Virus record (IMG/VR): IMGVR_UViG_3300008954_003475
Span: 1 to 64,000 of that record
Reading direction: 5' to 3' (one strand)
DNA: 64,000 bases
Under the pieces are notes generated by a model, which was not told the DNA's origin, made no database searches, and was given only the letters and a program-made list of their open reading frames with translations. Positions 56,644 to 64,000 of the stretch are shown piece by piece (the stretch's first letter is position 1; every line of letters starts with the position of its first letter). Made by a program: the position numbers and the translations under genes.

Positions 56644-59600
56644 CTAATTAATTCTAAATTTGTTTCTAGATACAGCCTCAAAAACAATAGTGCCAGGAGA
56701 TATAGTTTGATTATCTAGCGCTCTAATAAAAGCCTTCCTTCCTGTTTTATCAGACTCATTAAATAATGAAATATTAACTGAGTCAACACCATTTTCTGCA
56801 GCAACAACGGCAATTATATCAGAATAATCAACAACCGTTCCAAGTTTTGATGTGTTTAAAAGGTTTGAAACAGAATTTGTAGCATTTTCAACAATTTTTC
56901 CAGCCTCTCCAAGAGCGTTATCATTTATCAAAATTGTTCCTTCAACGTCTATTGTCAATTCCTCTGCCTCTTTAATAAGAATGTCTGCAGTGACAGGCCT
57001 AACCCTCTCAATCTCTATAGTAGAGCTTGTTATTAGCTTATTAACATTATATGATATTGAAATTCTCTCACCTTCTTTTGGAGCCAAAAAATCATAATCA
57101 ACATAATATGTATTTCCATTTCCAGGCTGACTTATCGGATTAACCTCAATGCTTCCCACCAAGTTTCCTGCAATAGATCTAAATCCAGATGATACAGATA
57201 TCATGTCTATACGGCCAAATTGATTATCGGTAATTCTATGTCCAGAATCCGTAAAATATAATTCTTCATAAGCTTCGCTATTGTATACCAAAATAACTAC
57301 CCTTACTACGTCTGAAGAGCTTAGCGAAATAGAGTTATTATTAGATGTTGACGGCAATGTAACCTCGTAATTTTCCAAATCTGAGTCTACCTGACCTGTG
57401 CCAATATCATATGTTATATCGTTTAGATAATATCCTAGCAAGTCAAACTCTTCATCCATCTCTCCGTCCGAATCCAACGTATATACGTGATCAACCCTTG
57501 CTATGCCTACATTGCCGGGTATAGAAGTAAGGCCCAAAGCTGTTTTTAACTCAGACTCTATATCTAAAGTTAACCCGCTCATAGATACTCCGGCCGCAAT
57601 ATCTATTTCGTACCTATTCATGGTTACCCCAGAAATCTTTACCTTTCCTGGTTTTGAAATTCCAGATATTCCAACATCAATTTTTGTTGGGCCAAATCTG
57701 GCTATAGAAACTTCATCAGAACTTGTATCATAATTGAAAAATATAGGCTGATTTGTGCCAGAAGTCTCTGCCTGCCCCAGTCCTGATAATTCGTTTGAAG
57801 CTCCGCCACCCGTTATTGGAAGGTTTCCCAGGGTGGTTTTTGGATAAATAGAGTTTATATCTGCAACATAACTTACATAAATTGAATCACCAGATAAATA
57901 CAGATCTTCTACTGTATCTAAAACCTCTTCTGTATCTAAAATACTATCTGAAGGCAATGTTATTATATTGTTATAAAATGACCCATCGGTTCTGTCTACA
58001 TCAAACACCTCTACTTTGTTATAGTGTATAATAATCTCATCGTCTATCGCTCCTGGAGAATCTGATGGAAGATAAATAATTCTTGCAACAAATGATCCAT
58101 CTGCCTCCTTTGTATTATAAAGCTCTAGACCATCACTTTCTCTTCTTATTGATATTACATTTTCTATAGCGTCCTCTTCAGAGTCGATCTCTATCCCTAC
58201 AACATCTGTAACCCCTACTGTATCAACTACGCTTATAGATCCTGATAATTCTATTTTCTGATAAGCAGAAATAACCTTATTAATATTATATCCAAGCTCT
58301 ACCTCATAAACCAATTCATCATCTGACTTGGTTATGACAGACTCTTCTTCAAAGATGCCCCCCGATGGAGTCCAGTCTATAGAGTCTGATGCAGATGGAT
58401 CTTGAAACTGCGAAAGACTATCTGATCCACCATAGTCAACATATTTATCATAAACTTGTCTCCATGTATAATTTACACTTAAAACATCCGCAGGAGTTGG
58501 AAGGGATCGTCCAGAAATCTCTATAACGCCCTCATTATTTAGCCCGTCTGAGTCTAAATTTTGATCAACTACAGAATATAGCTCTCCAGTTGTTTTGTTT
58601 TGAACCTTGCTAACTCTAACGGCAGGGGTGTGCATTAATCGTACAAACTCTTTTCCTGCAGAACTAACTTCTGAATTTTCTCCGACCTCATTTATATCCC
58701 TATACACTTGTATTATATTATCTATATCTGTAAAGGAAAGAGGGTCAATACTAAAGGATCCAGCCTTAGTGATTCCTTCTCCTGATACAATCTTTGTATT
58801 AGATACAAAGTGAATTTTATCAAACCCAAAAGGACTTCCTCCAGTTTCTGGATTTAAATCTTTTTCTAATTCAAAATTTCCATGAGTTATTCCATCACTA
58901 TCAACGAATGCCTCTACCAGTGTCCCAGAAGAGCTACCGACTACCGATATTATAGAGTCAATCGGCTGAGCAGGCAATGTTCCGTTTTTAAAAGCTAAGA
59001 CCCTCCTCTCTTCAGAGGTTCTCGTTGGATCCTGTCCTGTTTGGCCAAGTATATGATCATTTCTTTCATCAATAATATTTCCAGAGCCAGATAGGTCTGT
59101 AAAAATAAATGATTCAGAAATTGCCTCTACTTTTCTTCCTAGGATATAGGCATCTACTTTGCCTCCAGTTCCAGAGCTTATGATTCTGTCCGTCCCATCC
59201 CCTGTCTCTAGAGTTTCGGTTCCATCTCTCAGCATCAATGTATCACCGGGCTCTACTATTAGAGCATCTAAAACCCCATTGACGCCCAAGAGGGAGTTTC
59301 TATATCCTGCCGAAGTTCCTACATTTGCTCCGCTAAAAACTGCTAAGATTCTAGACCTAAAAGAATCATCCGTTTCTCTATTTGTTCCACCAGTCATTGA
59401 TGTTAGATTTGTAACAGATACGGCAAATGGAAGATTGGTTGAAACAATCTGAAGAGACGCAACATTGCCTCCGGTTCCTTGCCTAACCGCTTGTACGGGA
59501 ACTTCTAAAACATACGAACTATTAAGTCCGGCTATTCTTAATCCCTTTTTCATCCTACTGGCATTGGCTGCCAATCTATTCTTATCTGTTGCAGACATTA

Positions 59601-59970
59601 CAAAATTACCGATTGTTCTAAACTTTATTCCGTTTCTTGCAGTTACAAGAGTACCGGTTGGTATCGATATGTCTCCAACCAATGTATTTGTACAAAATAT
59701 AACAATCCCATTAGCTGCCGAGCCGGTGTTTCTTCCTGCTCCAAAATTTGCAGCAAGCCTTTCCAGGTCTCTTCCGGAAGTTGTTGCCAAAGACTGCTTC
59801 TCTGCAACAACACCTACTGCTGAATATAATTTTGCAATCTGATCTGCTGGCAAGTCTACAAACAAATCTCTAGAAACAGTTCCAGGCTTTGTATCAAGAT
59901 TTGGCTGAGTAAAGCCTAACCTCTGTATCATCGTAGACACAATTTCACTAAAAGATCTAAACGTAGCCAT
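56644..59970 (-). CDS. Baseplate J-like (gp6-like) wedge protein, expanded (1108 aa)
   Basis: N-terminal LDTKPGTVSRDLF, AANGIVIF, GTGGNV, GGTNRETDDSFRSRI; C-terminal VAAENGVDSV; follows the gp25-like gene. Confidence 0.85.
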   Translation of the reverse strand: MATFRSFSEIVSTMIQRLGFTQPNLDTKPGTVSRDLFVDLPADQIAKLYSAVGVVAEKQSLATTSGRDLERLAANFGAGRNTGSAANGIVIFCTNTLVGDISIPTGTLVTARNGIKFRTIGNFVMSATDKNRLAANASRMKKGLRIAGLNSSYVLEVPVQAVRQGTGGNVASLQIVSTNLPFAVSVTNLTSMTGGTNRETDDSFRSRILAVFSGANVGTSAGYRNSLLGVNGVLDALIVEPGDTLMLRDGTETLETGDGTDRIISSGTGGKVDAYILGRKVEAISESFIFTDLSGSGNIIDERNDHILGQTGQDPTRTSEERRVLAFKNGTLPAQPIDSIISVVGSSSGTLVEAFVDSDGITHGNFELEKDLNPETGGSPFGFDKIHFVSNTKIVSGEGITKAGSFSIDPLSFTDIDNIIQVYRDINEVGENSEVSSAGKEFVRLMHTPAVRVSKVQNKTTGELYSVVDQNLDSDGLNNEGVIEISGRSLPTPADVLSVNYTWRQVYDKYVDYGGSDSLSQFQDPSASDSIDWTPSGGIFEEESVITKSDDELVYEVELGYNINKVISAYQKIELSGSISVVDTVGVTDVVGIEIDSEEDAIENVISIRRESDGLELYNTKEADGSFVARIIYLPSDSPGAIDDEIIIHYNKVEVFDVDRTDGSFYNNIITLPSDSILDTEEVLDTVEDLYLSGDSIYVSYVADINSIYPKTTLGNLPITGGGASNELSGLGQAETSGTNQPIFFNYDTSSDEVSIARFGPTKIDVGISGISKPGKVKISGVTMNRYEIDIAAGVSMSGLTLDIESELKTALGLTSIPGNVGIARVDHVYTLDSDGEMDEEFDLLGYYLNDITYDIGTGQVDSDLENYEVTLPSTSNNNSISLSSSDVVRVVILVYNSEAYEELYFTDSGHRITDNQFGRIDMISVSSGFRSIAGNLVGSIEVNPISQPGNGNTYYVDYDFLAPKEGERISISYNVNKLITSSTIEIERVRPVTADILIKEAEELTIDVEGTILINDNALGEAGKIVENATNSVSNLLNTSKLGTVVDYSDIIAVVAAENGVDSVNISLFNESDKTGRKAFIRALDNQTISPGTIVFEAVSRNKFRIN

Positions 59971-59978
59971 TATTACCC

Positions 59979-60410
59979 CTAAGCAATCCTTACCGTAATA
60001 TTATCCCTTACCTCTGTAAGTTCTTGTGTTAATACGGAAACAAATATATTATAAAGCCTTGGATCAACATCATCTCTTGCTACCGATATCTTGACTATAT
60101 CCATAATAAGTTCTCCAGGAGACATATTCTGCCTTCTGGCCTGAGACCTCTGAAGAGACATAAGGTTTCTAACAGCAGTTCTTGCTGAAGACTCAAGATC
60201 TAGAGAAACTAATTTGTTATCTGCATGATGCCCTATTCGCAAAGCCCCTATATAACTTCCATATTTTGGATGAAACTTATTATCACCAAGCTCTGTTAAT
60301 AGTATTTTAATAATATCTTGACGCAGCTTTGCATTGCCATTTACTGTTTTTACAGAGCCACTAACTCCTATTTTAATATCCCCTCTTTCAAGGGCTAAAT
60401 CAAAAGACAT
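59979..60410 (-). CDS. Baseplate wedge / sheath initiator, gp25/GPW-like
   Basis: LRQDIIKILLTELGDNKFHPKYGS; 143 aa; directly upstream of baseplate J. Confidence 0.82.
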   Translation of the reverse strand: MSFDLALERGDIKIGVSGSVKTVNGNAKLRQDIIKILLTELGDNKFHPKYGSYIGALRIGHHADNKLVSLDLESSARTAVRNLMSLQRSQARRQNMSPGELIMDIVKISVARDDVDPRLYNIFVSVLTQELTEVRDNITVRIA

Positions 60411-60500
60411 ATTATTGTTTCCTAAACTCTGTTTTTTACGTTAAAAATAATAGAAATATTTTTATATAACTCTTGAATTTTAACCCAATTCAAGAATCAA

Positions 60501-62579
60501 TCAGCCAGTTTCTACAGGATGAACAAAGGTTGCAATCTCAGTCATAACTGCATATCTAAATAATTGATAAGCATCATAGGCCCTGAGGGCTATATCATTT
60601 GTAGCCTGAGCTATCGTGTCTCTTCTTTCTAGCTCATCAAAAAAGCCGCTTGGAAACTCTTCCTCAAGATCTGCAAACTGCTCCTCTGTCAATAAGCATA
60701 ATAAAGTTTCTTCTTTTGCTGTGAAAAAGGCAATAAGAAATGCCAATAAGTCTACAGCCCCGACGCCCTTTGATATACCTATCTTCGTTGCTATTTGAGC
60801 CTGAGTTTCGTCCTGAGCTTTTTCTGCTCGTCGCCTTTCATCTTCATCCTTCTTCTCCAACTGAGTTGTAACCCACCTTCTTGGAACATCCATTACAGAT
60901 AAAACCGCGCTCATCATATGTGCATTTTTTACACCACCACTTCTAGCGACACCCTCCTGCAATTCCAATACTTCAGGAACCTGACTGTCTCCCAAGATCA
61001 ACAAAAGAGATTCTTCAATCATCTGCATAGTCTCTAACTGACACCGGCTTCCATGCGCCAATGCATCATCCTCTTTACAATAATCCTTTCTTTCAACAGC
61101 TGTTCTTGCATTATCATTTGTAACTTCAGAGCCAGAAGGTGGCGCATAACCACTTTGGTGTTGCATAGTCTGCAGATCTGTTATCTTGCCTCTGACATCA
61201 ACTGCAAATCCGTGAAGCGCAGAAAATAACCTCGTTATCATCAATGATTCTATTAGCCCCATAGAGTTTGCAACATCACTGTAAGAAATTGGGACATCAG
61301 ATATTCCAACGGTCACCGGAGGAGGTGTGTCTGATCCAGAAAGATCTGGAGCATTAACTGTAGTTCCGCTAATAATATCAAGCCTTATTCTTATTACAGC
61401 TTCTAAAAGTGTAGATCTTAATTTATGCCTATTAACAGTCCTGAGGGTGCTTGGGGCAAATGGAGCAGCCACCATTTTCTTTGGCTCATTAATACACTTC
61501 GCTATTCTTCCATCTTGAATGGGGGGGAATAGTAAATAAGAAAATTTCCAAAAATTCTTTCCTCCCACGAAGCCCTGAAGAGATGGATCCGGCTCTTCCT
61601 TGACTTCTCTATTCCACAAAGAATTTAATAAATCAGTAGAATATTTATTAACCAACGCCGGCTCCATTAATATCAAGGCTTCCGTTACCAGCCAATACAG
61701 GTCGTTCTGGGAACTTCCCAAGGCCCAGGCCGGGGACAAGGCTGAATCTGCTACATAATTTGGATCAAAGCCCATCAAGCTATCTTCCAAACTTGCCAAC
61801 TTATCATCCAATGAACCTTCCGGATCAACGTTCGACACGGCCGGGGCGCTGAGGATTATACCCATTATTTTATTTGCCGCAGCTAAAGTTGTTTCATTTG
61901 CTGTATCTGCTTCTAACAGTTCTTTCACTATATCGACAAGCTCCTGAAGCTCTGGAACATATACAAAGCCTGCCTTTTCTAACCTTGAAAAGGCACTGAC
62001 AGATGCTGAAAGAAAATCATATATAGCATTTGTTGGAGCCCCGGGCCGAGAGGTGACGGATAGCTGTCTGGTGTCTAAAATACTCATATAAGAATAACTT
62101 CCATCTTGCGTAAGGTTTTCCTGTTCACTAATCAAGTTTCCCGTTTCACTTACAGCAATCAATGCCTCATCAGCGTTTAAATCTGCCGAAGAAGGCATTC
62201 CTAACATTCTGAAAAACGCATTCTCATATGACTCCATTACAGCCTCTGCATCCACAACTTCTTCAAGAGTTTTCTCCTCCCCTGTTACAGTTGGAATTTC
62301 CTGAGCCAATTCAAATGGTAAATACGAAGACCTCATTCCGCTAAGTTCAGCAAAAAGTGAAGAAAAATTTTCCGCTACTTCTCCAAACATTTTCGCATAA
62401 GCCTCGCCTTGGCCTCCTGGTGGTACAAAATCATTGTTTACACCGAACTGATCTGCCAAAGAGGCTAGGGCGGTTCCGAGGGCGGCGCTTAATTCGTTTG
62501 TGGTCATACCAGAAGCGTCTACATTTGATTCTGCTTTTGCTATAAGATCTTGAATACCACCCGAGCTTGCAACTGTCAT
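60501..62579 (-). CDS. Hypothetical (probably virion) protein, 692 aa
   Basis: Long ORF with SD GGAG within the structural module; no recognisable motif. Confidence 0.6.
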   Translation of the reverse strand: MTVASSGGIQDLIAKAESNVDASGMTTNELSAALGTALASLADQFGVNNDFVPPGGQGEAYAKMFGEVAENFSSLFAELSGMRSSYLPFELAQEIPTVTGEEKTLEEVVDAEAVMESYENAFFRMLGMPSSADLNADEALIAVSETGNLISEQENLTQDGSYSYMSILDTRQLSVTSRPGAPTNAIYDFLSASVSAFSRLEKAGFVYVPELQELVDIVKELLEADTANETTLAAANKIMGIILSAPAVSNVDPEGSLDDKLASLEDSLMGFDPNYVADSALSPAWALGSSQNDLYWLVTEALILMEPALVNKYSTDLLNSLWNREVKEEPDPSLQGFVGGKNFWKFSYLLFPPIQDGRIAKCINEPKKMVAAPFAPSTLRTVNRHKLRSTLLEAVIRIRLDIISGTTVNAPDLSGSDTPPPVTVGISDVPISYSDVANSMGLIESLMITRLFSALHGFAVDVRGKITDLQTMQHQSGYAPPSGSEVTNDNARTAVERKDYCKEDDALAHGSRCQLETMQMIEESLLLILGDSQVPEVLELQEGVARSGGVKNAHMMSAVLSVMDVPRRWVTTQLEKKDEDERRRAEKAQDETQAQIATKIGISKGVGAVDLLAFLIAFFTAKEETLLCLLTEEQFADLEEEFPSGFFDELERRDTIAQATNDIALRAYDAYQLFRYAVMTEIATFVHPVETG

Positions 62580-62582
62580 ACT

Positions 62583-63998
62583 TTAATTCTCCAATTTCGT
62601 TCCGAAGGTTTGAGGTCCTGGCTTGGCAGACTTGGCGCTTTCATCTCTATCGTCATCTCCATACTTGCCGGAAGCTCCTCCGCCACCGGAGTCGGACCCG
62701 CTCTTAGGTACGAATAAAATAGTAAGTGTTCTATCTACCTTCATTAATTCACCTGGAGCAAAAAGCAACGAATCTGCTTCTGCATCGCCTGTGCTTTCCG
62801 CATCTTCTATGCAATCTACATCGGAAGAGGCCGAAGCATCCTCAGACTCTCCTCTTGTATCAATTATGCCTGACTCTGTAACAGCCTGTATGATAACCGA
62901 ACAAACGGTCCCTCTCATAACAACCTTGCCCGGAGAATCCGCCGTTACAGCCAATGTATATGTTGATTCGTCCTTATCTACCAAATCTTCTTCTCCGGCG
63001 ATAACCTCGATCCGTCTTGCCGAACCTGTGTCGTCCGTCAAAAAGTCTATTTTGATGCTATCGCTTAAATCAAGAGCTTGAGATATTTCTTCATCATAAC
63101 AATCTCTTGGTATAAGTTCAATAAGAACCTTTGATTCGGCCTCTGCAACGATCATATCTCCAACTCCAGAAGCATATTCCATAGCTCCCGTAATAGACGG
63201 GAAGCCTTCCATTTCATCAAAGTCTAATTCGTCAACAATATCGCTCTTAATCAAGGTTGCAAGATCTTTTTGCTCTGGATTTATATATTCCGTAAGCGGT
63301 GTTTCATCGTCATCTCCAAGCAGCTTAAACGTTGTATTCAATGGGTTAATAACAAACCTGCAAGTATCATCTATAGAATTCTCAACGCATGCCTTAAGAG
63401 CGTCATACTTCGTTATAATGAGCGGCATCGGAACGGGATTGAGGGCCAGCTTAAGCTCCCCTGTATCTTCATCCTCAACGGCTCCGATGGCAAGTTCGTG
63501 TCTTAACTTTGGAATAATCCCAAGAGGCACGCCATCGTCATCTAACTCTTCGCTCTTAAAGTGCTGAAGGAATTCCTGCAAACAATCTAATGTGGGGGTT
63601 ATTGCTATGTCTCCCAAGTCTTCTTCGAAGCCTGGAAGGTCCAAGAGAAGCTCCATCGGCCCCGAGGCACCGCAAGCTGATGCGATATCATCGGCAACCT
63701 GTCTAACGTCAACAATGTAAAGCCTTGGGAAGTCAAACACCTTGATTGAATCAAGAGAATTTCCAAGATCCTTTTGTTCTTTTCTGTGACCGCCGCCAAA
63801 ATCATATGCCCATCCAAGCTCTGGAAATGGCATTTTATGTGCATCTTCCCAAGAGACTTCAAGAGTGTCGTCTGCTACAGTCTCCATAACAAGGAAGGAG
63901 GAGGCTGTGGAGGTGGCTGCATCTCCGCTATTTGTCCAACTTATCTCATACCCTTCCACAAAGCCCTCCCCCGCATCTGTATCAGGCTCTCCAGATAT
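62583..63998 (-). CDS. Acidic hypothetical (probably virion) protein, 5'-partial
   Basis: The frame of the track ORF (62583..63959) stays open upstream (ISGEPDTDAGEGFVEGY) to the window edge, so the real start lies outside the window. Confidence 0.65.
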   Translation of the reverse strand: MSGEPDTDAGEGFVEGYEISWTNSGDAATSTASSFLVMETVADDTLEVSWEDAHKMPFPELGWAYDFGGGHRKEQKDLGNSLDSIKVFDFPRLYIVDVRQVADDIASACGASGPMELLLDLPGFEEDLGDIAITPTLDCLQEFLQHFKSEELDDDGVPLGIIPKLRHELAIGAVEDEDTGELKLALNPVPMPLIITKYDALKACVENSIDDTCRFVINPLNTTFKLLGDDDETPLTEYINPEQKDLATLIKSDIVDELDFDEMEGFPSITGAMEYASGVGDMIVAEAESKVLIELIPRDCYDEEISQALDLSDSIKIDFLTDDTGSARRIEVIAGEEDLVDKDESTYTLAVTADSPGKVVMRGTVCSVIIQAVTESGIIDTRGESEDASASSDVDCIEDAESTGDAEADSLLFAPGELMKVDRTLTILFVPKSGSDSGGGGASGKYGDDDRDESAKSAKPGPQTFGTKLEN

Positions 63999-64000
63999 CT

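Noticed and set aside
60471-60495. 9-bp inverted repeat tcttgaatt-N7-aattcaaga after the 60501 gene
   Set aside because: The stem is AT-rich and weak, with no adjacent U-tract on the coding strand, so I cannot call it a terminator or operator.
139-63862. Numerous plus-strand and alternate-frame ORFs in the track (e.g. 1963-2520, 3352-3867, 52239-52610, 62623-63081)
   Set aside because: They are antisense or overlapping shadows of long motif-bearing minus-strand genes and carry no recognisable domains.
1-64000. Stop-codon reassignment, as in some huge phages
   Set aside because: Long genes are intact in code 11, and TAA, TAG (e.g. 10166, 22397) and TGA (e.g. 18056, 19852) all end genes next to new SD-led starts.
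1-64000. tRNA, rRNA or structured ncRNA genes
   Set aside because: Intergenic gaps are nearly all under 100 nt and AT-rich. I saw no cloverleaf or T-loop signature, but a covariance search was not run.

Overview
This window is a gene-dense segment of a large, AT-rich tailed bacteriophage (jumbo/huge myovirus-like), in standard genetic code with Shine-Dalgarno-led genes. All genes but one lie on the minus strand. Read in transcription direction (right to left) it contains: (i) a contractile-tail baseplate module (gp25-like, baseplate J-like, a 3319-aa wedge protein with LamG-like domains, a 1533-aa protein with a dockerin-like Ca-binding pair); (ii) a ~20-kb glycan synthesis/modification island with about 10 glycosyltransferase domains, Gmd, an epimerase, a nucleotide-sugar dehydrogenase, three sulfotransferase-like proteins and a PP-loop enzyme, ending in a glycosyltransferase-tubulin/FtsZ fusion coupled to a peptidoglycan amidase; (iii) a replication block (SF2 helicase, Hfq/Sm-like protein, DnaC-like loader, DnaB); (iv) a host-like stress/dormancy block (PrkA/YeaG-YeaH-SpoVR, stand-alone diadenylate-cyclase domain, sigma factor); (v) class II RNR and PIN-PhoH; (vi) a tail-fibre/collagen module headed by an unannotated 53-aa highly basic protein. 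I saw no tRNA, rRNA, CRISPR array, transposase or intein. All family calls come from reading motifs by eye; no searches were run. The strongest novelty candidates are the GT-tubulin fusion with its glycan island and the PrkA-YeaH-SpoVR-DAC-sigma cassette.
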